Notes under the pieces: generated by a model
The model's database searches: none
Told to the model about the DNA's origin: nothing
The model's input: the letters and a program-made list of their open reading frames with translations, nothing else
Origin: Candidatus Omnitrophota bacterium
GTDB taxonomy: Bacteria > Omnitrophota > Gorgyraeia > B26-G9
Direction: 5' to 3'
DNA length: 64,000 nucleotides
Assembly: GCA_043805415.1 (NCBI GenBank)
Contig: JAZDHZ010000033.1
Location: forward strand, 89,600 to 153,599
Part shown: positions 50,139-60,539 of the stretch, piece after piece
Position numbering within the stretch: position 1 is the first letter of the stretch
Layout: every line of letters begins with the position of its first letter
Position numbers and translations under genes: made by a program

Positions 50139-52412
50139 ATGAAAAAAAACGCCATTATATTTTTTAGCTTTATGTTTTTACTATTTTCAGCTAATGTTTT
50201 TGCCCAAAATTCCGAGCGCTTGATTAATAAACTGAAAGTAATAAATAATAAGGTCGTAAGCGAACAAACAATTCTTTCTAAGTTGCAATCTAAAGAAGGT
50301 TCAGAATATTCACCTTTAATTTTAAGCGACGATATAAAACGTTTGTACGCGACAGGACTTTTTAATGATGTCAGCGCGGATTTGGTTGATGAAACAGATG
50401 GGATAACAATTGTTTTTAAGGTGGAAGAAAAACCAATGCTTAAAGAGATTGTTTTTTCAGGAAACCGCAGAATCCGGACAAAGAAGCTTAGGTCTGAGAT
50501 GACAGTTAAAACCGGAGAAATATTTGATCAGTTTCAACTAAAAGAAGATATTGTTAATTTGAAAAAACTATACGCGAAAAAGGGTTATTCATGCGCTGAT
50601 TTAGACTACTCTTTTGAGGCAAAAGATAATAGCGTTGTAGTGAATGTAACTGTTAAGGAAGGCACAAGAGTAAGAATTAGAAAAATTGGTTTTGCGGGTA
50701 ATAAGTTTTTTAATGATAGTCGGCTTCGTAAAGTTATTAAAACGAAAAAAAAAGGATGGTTTAATTCCGGGTTTTACAAGGAAGATGTCTGGACAGAAGA
50801 TTTGGATAGACTGAACAGTTTTTACAATACAGAAGGTTTTATTGATGCTAAGATTGAGCCAATAATTGAATATAATAAAAACAATGATTCGATGTATCTG
50901 ACTTTTAACATAATTGAAGGCAAACAATACAAAGCGGGCAATGTTTCATTTAAAGGAAATCAGGTTTTTTTAGCTTCAGATCTTAGCGAAAATCTGGAAC
51001 TTTTAAATGAGCAGGTGTATAGCGAAAATAAATTACGCGGAGATATTTCTAAAATTCAGTCGCATTATTTTGATGCCGGCTATATCGCTTCCTCAGTGAA
51101 AGCAGATACTATGCTTAATTCTGAGACTGGACATGTTGATGTAGCCTATAATATTAGTGAAGGGAAGATCGGGTATCTTGATAAAATAAACATTAAGGGT
51201 AATCTTCGGACAAAAGATGTTATCATAAGACGTGAAATGCGCTTATTTCCCGGAGACCGTTATAATGGCGAAAAATTAAGAAGAAGCCGTCAACGTTTAT
51301 ATAATTTAGGCTATTTTGAGGAGGTATCTTTTAATACTGAAGAAGAACCTTCCACCTTGCCGGATAAATATGATTTGGATATATTTGTTAAAGAGTCGAA
51401 AACAGGAGAATTTAGTTTTGGGGCAGGATACAGCTCAGTAGATAAATTTATTGGGTTTGTTGACCTTACTCAGCAAAATTTTGATATTTTTAATTTTCCG
51501 ACTTTTACAGGTGCTGGTCAAAAGCTGCGACTGCGTATGGAGTTTGGTTCAGAAAAAAAAGACTATGAGCTTAGTTTTGTTGAGCCTTGGTTATTAGGTT
51601 ATCCTTTGGCAACTGGTTTTAATGTGTTTAGCCGAACCAGAAATTGGGATAAATATGATGAGAAAAGAATCGGCGGCAATCTTTTTGTTAGTAAAGAATT
51701 AGGCGAATATTGGTTAAATAAATGGACTTATCGTTTTGAAAGTATCCGGATTAGTGACATTGAAGATGATGCTTCTAATGAAATCAAAGCCGAAGATGGG
51801 AAAAACTACATAAGCGGTATTCAAACCGATATTATTCATGATACTAGAGATAATATCTATAATCCTCGAACCGGAGCTTATAATCAATTGTCTACGGAGT
51901 ATGCCGGCGGCAGCCTGGGTGGAGACAAAGATTTTATCAGATATGAAACTAAAAATAATAAGTATTTTCCGATCGGAAAAGACGGAGTGCTTGATTTACA
52001 GGGAAGCCTGGGAATGGTAGAGGCTTTTGGCGATTCTATAGATGTCCCTGTTTACGAGCGGTTTTATGCCGGCGGCGCGAATACTATCAGGGGATATAAG
52101 GAAAGAAGAATTGGCCCGGAAGGAGAAAGGGGCGATCCTATTGGAGGTAGGTTAAGGGCAATATTTAATGCTGAATATACCCATAAATTAACTAATAATC
52201 TTAAATGGGCCTTTTTCTATGATATCGGAAATGTTTGGGCAAATAATCAGGAGTTTAGCTGGGATAAGCTTAAGCTTAAGGCAAGTATTGGAACCGGGAT
52301 TAGGGTGAAGACTCCTCTCGGTCCGATTAGACTTGATTATGGGTATGCGCTTAACCCTAAAGAAGGTGATTCTAAGGGCAGGTTCCATTTTGCTATGAGT
52401 CATGAATTTTAG
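50139..52412 (+). CDS. bamA: outer membrane protein assembly factor BamA
   Basis: Signal peptide, five POTRA-like repeats, C-terminal Omp85 barrel (FYAGGANTIRGY ... terminal aromatic F). Confidence 0.85.
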   Translation: MKKNAIIFFSFMFLLFSANVFAQNSERLINKLKVINNKVVSEQTILSKLQSKEGSEYSPLILSDDIKRLYATGLFNDVSADLVDETDGITIVFKVEEKPMLKEIVFSGNRRIRTKKLRSEMTVKTGEIFDQFQLKEDIVNLKKLYAKKGYSCADLDYSFEAKDNSVVVNVTVKEGTRVRIRKIGFAGNKFFNDSRLRKVIKTKKKGWFNSGFYKEDVWTEDLDRLNSFYNTEGFIDAKIEPIIEYNKNNDSMYLTFNIIEGKQYKAGNVSFKGNQVFLASDLSENLELLNEQVYSENKLRGDISKIQSHYFDAGYIASSVKADTMLNSETGHVDVAYNISEGKIGYLDKINIKGNLRTKDVIIRREMRLFPGDRYNGEKLRRSRQRLYNLGYFEEVSFNTEEEPSTLPDKYDLDIFVKESKTGEFSFGAGYSSVDKFIGFVDLTQQNFDIFNFPTFTGAGQKLRLRMEFGSEKKDYELSFVEPWLLGYPLATGFNVFSRTRNWDKYDEKRIGGNLFVSKELGEYWLNKWTYRFESIRISDIEDDASNEIKAEDGKNYISGIQTDIIHDTRDNIYNPRTGAYNQLSTEYAGGSLGGDKDFIRYETKNNKYFPIGKDGVLDLQGSLGMVEAFGDSIDVPVYERFYAGGANTIRGYKERRIGPEGERGDPIGGRLRAIFNAEYTHKLTNNLKWAFFYDIGNVWANNQEFSWDKLKLKASIGTGIRVKTPLGPIRLDYGYALNPKEGDSKGRFHFAMSHEF

Positions 52413-52436
52413 ATGGTAACAGGGGTTGAGATTAGA

Positions 52437-52464
52437 TTGACAAAATTTTCTATTGTGTTACAAT
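52437..52464 (+). promoter_or_regulatory. sigma70-type promoter of skp-lpxD-lpxC/fabZ
   Basis: TTGACA (52437-42), 16-nt spacer with TGT, TACAAT (52459-64). Confidence 0.5.
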
Positions 52465-52506
52465 AAAGCAAATAATTGTTATAAACAAGCAAAAATGGGA
52501 GGAAAA

Positions 52507-52992
52507 ATGAAGAAAATAATTTTAATTATTACACTGATCGGTGCGATTTTTTGTGTTCAGACCAAATGTTTTGCCGAAGAATTAACAATAGGCTATATTA
52601 ACCTTGCTAAGATTTTTGAAGGATATAAGAAAGTAGCTGATTCTAATGAAAAAATTGATAAGTTAAAAAATGATGTGAATGCTATGCTTCAAGATATGAA
52701 AAAAATGAATGAGGGATTTGATACTCTTAGCAAAGAAGCTCAAGAAGAAAGAAAAAATCAAATGTTGGCTAAACAAGATGTGATTCGTAAGCAGACAGTT
52801 GATATTAGAAAAGACGAAGAGACCATATTAAGAGAAATCCTAAAAGATGTTGAAAATGTCTCAAAGGAGTTGCGCAAAAAGAAAAAGCTAACTTATATCA
52901 TTGATGACAGATTAATTATTGATGGCCCAAAAGAGAGTGATTTGACTGATGAGATAATGAAGCTGCTGAATGAACGCTATAAAGGGAATTAA
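52507..52992 (+). CDS. skp: OmpH/Skp-family periplasmic chaperone
   Basis: Signal peptide MKKIILIITLIGAIFCV, coiled-coil K/E-rich body, located between bamA and lpxD. ATG at 52507 follows a GGGAGGA Shine-Dalgarno. Confidence 0.65.
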   Translation: MKKIILIITLIGAIFCVQTKCFAEELTIGYINLAKIFEGYKKVADSNEKIDKLKNDVNAMLQDMKKMNEGFDTLSKEAQEERKNQMLAKQDVIRKQTVDIRKDEETILREILKDVENVSKELRKKKKLTYIIDDRLIIDGPKESDLTDEIMKLLNERYKGN

Positions 52993-53007
52993 AACAAGGA
53001 AATAAAC

Positions 53008-54072
53008 ATGAAGAAAACCTTAAATGAAATAGCGCAACTTATTGATGGGTCTGTAGTCGGAGATGGAAATATTGAGATTGTCGGAGTTTCTGGAATAAAA
53101 GAGGCCAAAAAAGGTGAGATTACTTTTGTGGCTAATCCAAAGTATATTTCCCTAATGGACCATACTAATGCTTCAGCAATTATTACTACCCCGGATGTGA
53201 AACAGTCATCAAAACCTCTGATTCTAACCGAAAATCCATCTTTGGCTTTTGCGAAATTATTGACTTTAGTCGCGCCTGAAGAGTCTAATCATTATAAAGG
53301 TATTCATCCGAGCGCGGTGATCGGTGAAAATGTAAAAATTGGTAAAGATGCCGCGATTTATCCGTTTGTGGTAATAGAAGATTATGCGGAAATTGGCGAT
53401 AATACTGTGCTTTGTGCTGGAGTATTTGTAGGTCACAATACAATAATCGGTAAAAATACAGTGGTTTATCCGCATGTAAGCATCAGAGAAAGAGTTATTA
53501 TCGGTGATCGGGTTATTATTCATAGCGGAACAGTGATTGGCAGTGATGGTTTTGGTTTTGCCACAGTAAAGGGTTTGCATCAAAAAATTCCACAGATTGG
53601 AACAGTGGTTATTGAGGATGATGTGGAAATCGGCGCTAATGTGACTATTGATCGAGCCCGTTTTGATAAAACCTTAATAAAACATGGAACAAAAATTGAT
53701 AATCTCGTGCAAATCGCGCATAATGTGGTTATTGGTGAGAATTCAATAATTGTCGCTCAGGCGGGAATTTCCGGGAGTACGACTTTAGGTAAAAATGTAA
53801 CTTTAGCTGGCCAGGCAGGTGTTATCGGACATATTAATATTGGTGATAATGCGGTGGTTGCCGCTCAGGCAGGAGTAACAAAATCAGTGCCTGAGAATAC
53901 CTGTGTCTCTGGGTATCCGGCAAAGCCTCATAAAAAAGCTAAAAGAATAAATGCCTGTATCCAAAAGCTGCCGGACTTATATAAGCTAGTTAATGAATTA
54001 GAAGAAAAAATTGCAACTTTAGAAGAGACATTAAAGGAACAGAAAAATGGAATTTCAAAAAACAATAATTAA
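53008..54072 (+). CDS. lpxD: UDP-3-O-acylglucosamine N-acyltransferase
   Basis: N-terminal LpxD domain ([10 protein letters not shown]...), hexapeptide-repeat beta-helix, C-terminal helix. Confidence 0.9.
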   Translation: MKKTLNEIAQLIDGSVVGDGNIEIVGVSGIKEAKKGEITFVANPKYISLMDHTNASAIITTPDVKQSSKPLILTENPSLAFAKLLTLVAPEESNHYKGIHPSAVIGENVKIGKDAAIYPFVVIEDYAEIGDNTVLCAGVFVGHNTIIGKNTVVYPHVSIRERVIIGDRVIIHSGTVIGSDGFGFATVKGLHQKIPQIGTVVIEDDVEIGANVTIDRARFDKTLIKHGTKIDNLVQIAHNVVIGENSIIVAQAGISGSTTLGKNVTLAGQAGVIGHINIGDNAVVAAQAGVTKSVPENTCVSGYPAKPHKKAKRINACIQKLPDLYKLVNELEEKIATLEETLKEQKNGISKNNN

Positions 54073-55354
54073 TTCAGTAACGCTAAGCGGTATAGGTTTA
54101 CATACAGGACAAAAAGTTAATGTTAAATTTACTGCTGCTCCGGAAGACAATGGAGTAGAGTTTGTGCGTGTTGACCAGGCTGGCAGGCCTCGGGTTAAAG
54201 CGCACATGTCTAATCTTATTGAAAGACCGCGTCGGACTTCAATCGGAATTCGGAATATTGAAATTCATACTATTGAGCATGTTATGGCTGCTTTAGTGGG
54301 CTTGGGAATAGATAATATCATAATTGAGATGGACGCGGAAGAATTACCAGGACTTGATGGCAGTGCTTTGCCTTTTTTTGAAACATTAAAAAAAGCGGGT
54401 ATAGTTGAGCAAAAAGCTCAGAGAAAATATTTTCAGCCAAAAGAAGCTTTGTTTATGGAAGAGGGGGATTCTTCCTTAATGATCTTGCCTGCTAATGAAT
54501 TCCGGGTTTCTTATACCATGAGCTATCCGCATCCAATGCTAAAATCTCAATATGCTTCTTTTGATTTTGATGCTCAAGTTTTTGAAAAAGAATTGGCTCC
54601 GAGCAGAACTTTTTGTTTGCAGCAGGAAGCGGAAGAATTAACCAGACAAGGGCTGGGTAAGGGCGCTAATTATGATAATACTGTTGTGGTTGGAGATAAT
54701 GAAATAGTCAATAATAAATTACGATTTGAAGATGAATTTGTAAGGCATAAGATTTGTGATTTAATCGGCGATCTGTATCTTTTAGGGCATCCGATTATTG
54801 GACATGTTATTGGAATTAAAAGCGGTCATCCTTTAAATATTAAACTTCTTCAAAAAATTAAGCATCTTCATGATCGACAAACACAGGCTAGCATTGGCAC
54901 TACAAGTACTGATTTTAACAGTATTCCACCGCTTAATATTAATGATATACAGCAAATCCTTCCGCATCGATATCCTTTTCTGCTAGTTGACAAAATCCTT
55001 GAGCTGAAAGAGGACAAATTCGCAGTGGGGATAAAAAATGTTACGATAAATGAGCATTTCTTTAAAGGCCACTTTCCTGGTCGGCCAGTTATGCCAGGAG
55101 TTTTAATTGTTGAAGCTATGGCGCAGGTTGTGGGAGTTTTATTGCTTAGTAAGTCTGGAAATCAAGGGAAACGGGCTTATTTTATGAGCATAGATAAGGT
55201 GAAATTCAGAAGAATGGTTCTGCCCGGAGATCAGCTAAGATTAGAAGTGTCTGTTCTTAAACTAAAATCAAAAGTTGGCCAAGCATATGCTCGGGCATTG
55301 GTTGATAATAAAGTGGTAGCAGAAGCAGTGCTAATGTTTACTTTAGGTGAGTAA
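54047..55354 (+). CDS. lpxC: bifunctional UDP-3-O-acyl-GlcNAc deacetylase / 3-hydroxyacyl-ACP dehydratase (LpxC-FabZ fusion)
   Basis: The N-terminal ~290 aa are LpxC ([38 protein letters not shown]). The C-terminal ~145 aa are FabZ ([36 protein letters not shown]). Confidence 0.85.
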   Translation: MEFQKTIINSVTLSGIGLHTGQKVNVKFTAAPEDNGVEFVRVDQAGRPRVKAHMSNLIERPRRTSIGIRNIEIHTIEHVMAALVGLGIDNIIIEMDAEELPGLDGSALPFFETLKKAGIVEQKAQRKYFQPKEALFMEEGDSSLMILPANEFRVSYTMSYPHPMLKSQYASFDFDAQVFEKELAPSRTFCLQQEAEELTRQGLGKGANYDNTVVVGDNEIVNNKLRFEDEFVRHKICDLIGDLYLLGHPIIGHVIGIKSGHPLNIKLLQKIKHLHDRQTQASIGTTSTDFNSIPPLNINDIQQILPHRYPFLLVDKILELKEDKFAVGIKNVTINEHFFKGHFPGRPVMPGVLIVEAMAQVVGVLLLSKSGNQGKRAYFMSIDKVKFRRMVLPGDQLRLEVSVLKLKSKVGQAYARALVDNKVVAEAVLMFTLGE

Positions 55355-55372
55355 AAATAATAAGTTATGACA

Positions 55373-55437
55373 AAGACCAACTATCCTGACGATTCGATTT
55401 CGCGAAAATTGTCCAATAAGTTGGTCTTTTTTATTTT
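55373..55437 (+). terminator. possible terminator after lpxC-fabZ
   Basis: AAGACCAAC (55373-81) / GTTGGTCTT (55420-28) followed by TTTTATTTTT. The loop is long (~38 nt). Confidence 0.4.
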
Positions 55438-55478
55438 TCAGCTTGATTTTTTAACCTCTCTGTTATAAGGTATTGCAT

Positions 55479-56267
55479 ATGAATCAAAAGAATAATATAC
55501 ATCCAACCGCTTGCGTTAATCCAAAAGCTAAAATCGATAAGGGCGTTATTATCGGCCCATATTCTATTATTGGCGAAAATGTGAAAATTGGAGAAGATAC
55601 TGTTATTGGCAGTTCTTGTGTGATTGACGGCAGAACACGTTTAGGCAAACGTTGTAAGGTTTTTACTGGCGCGATTATCGGCAGTGAGCCTCAGGATTTG
55701 AAATACCAGGGAGAGAAAACGCAAGCGATTATCGGTGATGATAATATCATTCGCGAATACGTTACGATTAACTTGGGAACAATGGAAAAAGGTAAAACAG
55801 TTGTGGGGAATAAAAATTTATTTATGGCTTATAGCCATATCGCGCATGACTGTGTGGTGGGGAATGAAACTGTAATTGCTAATGTGGGGACTTTAGCCGG
55901 ACATGTTAGTGTAGAAGATAGATCAATTATTGGAGGGATGGTAGCGATTCATCAATTCTCGAGAGTTGGTAAAATGTCGATTATTGGCGGCTGTTCCAAG
56001 GTTATTCAGGATATTCCTCCTTTTTCAATTGTCGACGGGCATCCAGCCAAAGTTTATGGGATAAATAGTATTGGATTAAAAAGAGGAAATGTCCCCTTAC
56101 AAAGCGTTAAGAATCTAAAGTCTGCTTTTAAAATTTTATTTAAATTAAAAATATCTACCTCGAATGCTTTAAAAAAGATAAAAGATAATATTCCTGAAGA
56201 TCCTTATGTATCATATCTTGTAAAATTTATTAAAAAATCCCAACGCGGTGTTTGCAAGGGCAGCTGA
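55479..56267 (+). CDS. lpxA: acyl-ACP:UDP-GlcNAc O-acyltransferase
   Basis: IHPTACVNPKAKI start, hexapeptide repeats, HIAHDC motif, C-terminal helical domain. Confidence 0.9.
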   Translation: MNQKNNIHPTACVNPKAKIDKGVIIGPYSIIGENVKIGEDTVIGSSCVIDGRTRLGKRCKVFTGAIIGSEPQDLKYQGEKTQAIIGDDNIIREYVTINLGTMEKGKTVVGNKNLFMAYSHIAHDCVVGNETVIANVGTLAGHVSVEDRSIIGGMVAIHQFSRVGKMSIIGGCSKVIQDIPPFSIVDGHPAKVYGINSIGLKRGNVPLQSVKNLKSAFKILFKLKISTSNALKKIKDNIPEDPYVSYLVKFIKKSQRGVCKGS

Positions 56268-56287
56268 TCAGCAATGTAAAAGTCTCA

Positions 56288-56322
56288 AGCAGAGAGTGAT
56301 ATATTGAGCTTTCTGCTTTTTC
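56288..56322 (+). terminator. possible intrinsic terminator after lpxA
   Basis: AGCAGAGAG / CTTTCTGCT (9 bp with one G-U pair), 12-nt loop, then TTTTCATTATT. Confidence 0.4.
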
Positions 56323-56341
56323 ATTATTCAGAGGATATTAC

Positions 56342-57142
56342 ATGGAAAAAATTGCTTTAATAGCCGGGAATGGAAATCTGCCTATTGTTTCAGCACTTGC
56401 CGCAAAAAAGACCGGGGCTTATGTTGTGGTCATAGCGATTAAAGAAGAAGCAGACAAGCAACTATCTGATATCGCGGATAAAATATATTGGATCAGTGTT
56501 GGACAATTTAAAACTCTTATCGGAATTTTAAAAAAAGAGGAAATTAAAAAAGCGATTATGGTTGGACAGATCAAGCATAAATTGCTTTTTAGCCAAATTG
56601 AGCTTGATTTGGAATTAACAAAACTATTATTTACTTTAAAAGACAAAAAAACCGATACTATTCTCGGTGCAATAGCGCAGCGGATTTCACAGCTGGGAAT
56701 CGAGATGCTTGATTCCAGTACTTTTATAAAAGACCAGTTAGCTCCATCCGGAGTGCTTACGGATAAGGCTCCAACTAAAGCTCAATATGAAGATATTGAA
56801 TTCGGATATAAAATCGCCAAGCAAATTGCCGGCCTGGATATTGGGCAAACTGTAGTGGTTAAAGATAAAGTAGTTTTAAGCGTTGAAGCAATAGAAGGAA
56901 CTGATGAGGCAATCCGGCGCGCTAATTATTATTGTCATGGCAATGCGGTTGTGGTGAAGGTGAGTAAACCCAATCAGGATATGCGTTTTGATATACCTCT
57001 AATCGGATTAAAAACAATAGAAACGCTAATACAAGAAAATGTTGCTGTTTTAGCAATTGAAGCTGAAAAGACATTATTTCTGGATAAAACTCTGGTTTTA
57101 GTCCAAGCAAATAAACAGGGAATTGTGATTGTCGCAAAATAG
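56342..57142 (+). CDS. lpxI: UDP-2,3-diacylglucosamine pyrophosphatase LpxI (DUF1009 family)
   Basis: IALIAGNGNLP start and overall 266-aa layout as I remember the LpxI/DUF1009 family. Located directly after lpxA. No lpxH in the window. Confidence 0.6.
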   Translation: MEKIALIAGNGNLPIVSALAAKKTGAYVVVIAIKEEADKQLSDIADKIYWISVGQFKTLIGILKKEEIKKAIMVGQIKHKLLFSQIELDLELTKLLFTLKDKKTDTILGAIAQRISQLGIEMLDSSTFIKDQLAPSGVLTDKAPTKAQYEDIEFGYKIAKQIAGLDIGQTVVVKDKVVLSVEAIEGTDEAIRRANYYCHGNAVVVKVSKPNQDMRFDIPLIGLKTIETLIQENVAVLAIEAEKTLFLDKTLVLVQANKQGIVIVAK

Positions 57143-57156
57143 TTTATCCTGAGTTT

Positions 57157-57229
57157 GCCCACGTAGCTCAGTTGGTAGAGCAAGGCTTTCGTAAAGCTTA
57201 GGTCGGGGGTTCGATTCCTCTCGTGGGCT
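57157..57229 (+). tRNA. tRNA-Thr (anticodon CGU)
   Basis: Manual cloverleaf fold. Acceptor GCCCACG/CGTGGGC, D arm GCTC-AGTTGGTA-GAGC, anticodon arm AGGCT-TTCGTAA-AGCTT. T arm GGGGG-TTCGATT-CCTCT, discriminator T. Confidence 0.9.
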
Positions 57230-57243
57230 TTAAAAATTATAAA

Positions 57244-58485
57244 ATGAGTAAATTTAGCAAGATACTTACTGATAGAAATTTCTTTTGTTTTTGGGTTGGG
57301 CAGATTATCTCCCAGTTTGGGGATCGGCTTAATCAAATGGCACTCATAGCGCTTGTGTTTCAGCGCATGGGGGGCTCGGCTTTTGGTTTGGCTAAGCTGA
57401 TGTCTTTCACAATTATCCCATCGTTTATTCTTAGTCCAATTGCCGGTGCTTATGTCGATCGCTGGAACCATAAGCGTACGATGATAATAACGGACATTAT
57501 AAGAGCCTGTTTGGTTGTATTGATTCCTTTGTGTTTTTTGCGTACCAGCTCGTTTATTCCTATTTATATAACAGTTTTCCTTGTGTTTTCTACCAGCTGC
57601 TTTTTTCTGCCTTCAAAATTTTCAATTATTCCCGAGATAGTGGAAAAAGATGAATTACTTATTGCCAATTCTCTAACCAATACAACGATGATGGTCGCGG
57701 TGGTTTTTGGTGTGGGATTAGGCGGGCCTTTAATTGAAGCCATTGGAGCAAAAAACGGTTTTTATATTGATGCGGCTAGTTATCTATTGTCGGCTTTCTT
57801 TTTGTGTTTTATAAAAATAAAACATTCGGCTTTACAAAAAGAAGCTGAGCAAAATACAAGTCAGGAAAAATTCAGCCAATCAATATTTTTAGATGTACAA
57901 GAAGGCTTTAAATATGTGCTTACTCATCCCTATGTCAGATTTGTGTTTTTTACTATATTCTTGCTAATGTGCGCGGCTGGAGCTTTATATGTTGTGGGCA
58001 TAGTTTTTATTCAGCAGGCTTTTGGCTCGATTACAAGGGATTTAGGGGTATTGTCAGTTTTTCTGGGTATTGGTTTTTTCTTGGGCGCGCTTTTCTGTGG
58101 GCGATTTGGGAATAAATTATCTAAAGTAAAAATTATATTTCTAAGCGCGATAATCTGCGGTATCTTTATTAGCTGTTTTGGCTTATGTTTAAAAAGATAT
58201 CCGTCGATAATGCTGGCAATGATACTCTCTGTTTTTATTGGAGTCGGGGTGGGGCCGATATTTATTTCCGGCAATACCTTGATTCATGAGGTTATCAAAC
58301 CCCAAATGCGGGGAAGAATATTTAGTTCATTGGGCATTGTTATGAATTTAGGGTTTATAATTTTTATGTTTATTTCGTCAAAACTGTCTGAGTTTTTTAA
58401 TCCCACGTGGGTAATTTTAGGCATTGGCTGTTGTTTCATAATATATGGTATTTCCGGCCTTCTGCGGTTTAAGGGGAAACTTTAA
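57244..58485 (+). CDS. MFS transporter
   Basis: About 12 predicted TM helices and the MFS loop motif GAYVDRWNHKRTM. ATG at 57244 is chosen because the listed start at 57223 lies inside the tRNA. Confidence 0.7.
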   Translation: MSKFSKILTDRNFFCFWVGQIISQFGDRLNQMALIALVFQRMGGSAFGLAKLMSFTIIPSFILSPIAGAYVDRWNHKRTMIITDIIRACLVVLIPLCFLRTSSFIPIYITVFLVFSTSCFFLPSKFSIIPEIVEKDELLIANSLTNTTMMVAVVFGVGLGGPLIEAIGAKNGFYIDAASYLLSAFFLCFIKIKHSALQKEAEQNTSQEKFSQSIFLDVQEGFKYVLTHPYVRFVFFTIFLLMCAAGALYVVGIVFIQQAFGSITRDLGVLSVFLGIGFFLGALFCGRFGNKLSKVKIIFLSAIICGIFISCFGLCLKRYPSIMLAMILSVFIGVGVGPIFISGNTLIHEVIKPQMRGRIFSSLGIVMNLGFIIFMFISSKLSEFFNPTWVILGIGCCFIIYGISGLLRFKGKL

Positions 58486-58531
58486 TTCTGAAAAAACAGA
58501 GTATTAGAGAGTAATGCCGCTAAAAGCAGCT

Positions 58532-58560
58532 TTGACAATATAGCGAGTTTATGCTAAGAT
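58532..58560 (+). promoter_or_regulatory. sigma70-type promoter of accD
   Basis: TTGACA (58532-37), 17-nt spacer, TAAGAT (58555-60). Confidence 0.45.
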
Positions 58561-58662
58561 ATTATGAATAAACGCGAGCTATGTTTATGTTAAAATATAT
58601 TAGATTATGTTTTTAAACCAATATAAATTTTTTAAGCTTAGGATTAAAATGGCGGTATAAAT

Positions 58663-59496
58663 ATGTTTGGAAAACCAAAATATACTATAGTAAAGATCAA
58701 AAAAAAAGATATGCCCGGGGGCTTATGTACAAAATGCAGTGGTTGCGGGCAGATTATCTTCACAAAACAGCTCAAAGAAAATATGAGTATTTGTCCTAAA
58801 TGTGACCATCATTTTGTGCTTTCGGCAAAGCAGAGAATGGATATTTTAATTGATGAAGGGACTTTTACTGAATATGATCATAATTTAAGTTCCAAGGATA
58901 TAATCGGCTTTAAAGGCCCTAAGACTTATGTACAAAAAATTAAGCAAGACCAAAAAGCTACTGGGATTATTGATGCTGTGCTGACTGGTCAAGGCGAAAT
59001 GGATGCCAGAAAAGTAGTTATGGCAGTTACTGATTCTAGATTTATTATGGGATCAATGGGCTCTGTAGTAGGAGAGAGAATTACTCGAGCCACAGAGAAA
59101 GCTACAGAACTGAAACTTCCGTTAGTCATTGTTTCCGGTTCTGGCGGCGGAGCTCGAATGTATGAAGGATTAACAAGTCTTATGCAAATGGCAAAGACCT
59201 CCGCGGCATTGGCTAAACATAAAGAAAAAGGTCTTTTGTTTCTTTCGGTATTGACCAATCCTACAATGGCAGGGATTATGGCTAGCTTTGCTAGTTTAGG
59301 CGATGTGACGATTGCAGAGCCTAAGGCATTGATTGGTTTTACCGGCCCGCGGGTTATTGAGCAAACAATAAGGCAAACACTTCCGATGGGGTTTCAGAGT
59401 TCAGAATTTCTGATTGAGCATGGGATGCTTGATTTGATTGCGCATAGAAAACAGATGAAGGCATTATTAGGACAATTGATTGATTATTTAACCTAA
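58663..59496 (+). CDS. accD: acetyl-CoA carboxylase carboxyltransferase beta subunit
   Basis: N-terminal zinc ribbon CTKCSGC...CPKCDHH and a carboxyltransferase domain with SGSGGGARMYEG. Confidence 0.85.
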   Translation: MFGKPKYTIVKIKKKDMPGGLCTKCSGCGQIIFTKQLKENMSICPKCDHHFVLSAKQRMDILIDEGTFTEYDHNLSSKDIIGFKGPKTYVQKIKQDQKATGIIDAVLTGQGEMDARKVVMAVTDSRFIMGSMGSVVGERITRATEKATELKLPLVIVSGSGGGARMYEGLTSLMQMAKTSAALAKHKEKGLLFLSVLTNPTMAGIMASFASLGDVTIAEPKALIGFTGPRVIEQTIRQTLPMGFQSSEFLIEHGMLDLIAHRKQMKALLGQLIDYLT

Positions 59497-59537
59497 TAGC
59501 ATATTGAAAATAAAAGATTAGTTCGGAGGAGAAGTAA

Positions 59538-60539
59538 GTGCCAACAGAAAGACGTAAGAATGCAAGTACTCGCTATACTATCGGAGTTGATTTTGGGGGA
59601 ACAAATGTTAAATTAGCATTAGTTTGTTTTACGGGAGATGGTTTCAAAATTGAAGGCTTTTCTTCCTTTCAAACTAAAAACTATAAAAGAGATGAATTGA
59701 TTGAACAGTTGGTTATTAGGATTATTAAATTAAAAGCGGAAAGTACTTATAAAGGCAATCGAGTGCGGGGTGTTGGAATTGGGGTGCCTGGTAGAGTTGA
59801 TTTTAATCAGGGAATTGTTTTTGATCTGACTAATGTTGCCGGCTGGAAAAATGTTCATTTGCGTGATGCCTTAAATGCAAAGGTTAAAATTCCGGTTTTG
59901 GTTGACAATGATGCTAATCTTATGGCACTTGCGGAGAGTAAATTTGGCGCAGCCAAAGGGCACAAAGATTGTCTTTGTGTGACAATGGGTACAGGAATCG
60001 GCGGCGGGATTGTTTTTGACAGTAAAATATACAGAGGAATGAATTTTGCCGCTGGGGAAATCGGGCATATGACGATTAATGAAAATGGCCCGCTTTGTGT
60101 TTGCGGCGGAAAAGGCTGCGTGGAAAGATATGCTGGTAATAGATATATTTTGGAAACAGCTGTTAAGAGACTGCGCAATGGGGCAAAAAGCATGCTTAAA
60201 AGTCAACTGGCTGGAAAATATTCAAACCTTACATTGGAGATGCTGACCCAGGCCGCGAGAAAGAAAGACCCATTTTCTTTACTGATCTGGCAGGAAGTTG
60301 GTATGCATATGGGAGCTGTTTTAGCAAATGTGGTAAACCTGCTTAATCCTGAGATTATAGTTTTAGGTGGGGGAGTCGCAAATGCCGGGGCACTAATCCT
60401 TGATCCGATAAGAAGGACAGTAAAGGAGCGAGCTTTTCAAGTTTCATGCCGCAATTTAAAAATAGTGCCATCTAAATTTAAGGAAAAAGCAGGCATTATT
60501 GGCGCGGCTTCATTAGTATTGACCAATAAGGAGAAATAA
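59538..60539 (+). CDS. ROK-family glucokinase
   Basis: GVDFGGTNVKLAL, DNDANLMALAE and ROK zinc motif CVCGGKGCVERY. GTG start after a GGAGGAG Shine-Dalgarno. Confidence 0.8.
   Translation: MPTERRKNASTRYTIGVDFGGTNVKLALVCFTGDGFKIEGFSSFQTKNYKRDELIEQLVIRIIKLKAESTYKGNRVRGVGIGVPGRVDFNQGIVFDLTNVAGWKNVHLRDALNAKVKIPVLVDNDANLMALAESKFGAAKGHKDCLCVTMGTGIGGGIVFDSKIYRGMNFAAGEIGHMTINENGPLCVCGGKGCVERYAGNRYILETAVKRLRNGAKSMLKSQLAGKYSNLTLEMLTQAARKKDPFSLLIWQEVGMHMGAVLANVVNLLNPEIIVLGGGVANAGALILDPIRRTVKERAFQVSCRNLKIVPSKFKEKAGIIGAASLVLTNKEK

Noticed and set aside
56974-57471. 165-aa minus-strand ORF spanning the lpxI end, tRNA-Thr and the MFS start
   Set aside because: It runs through a tRNA gene and two supported CDSs on the other strand.
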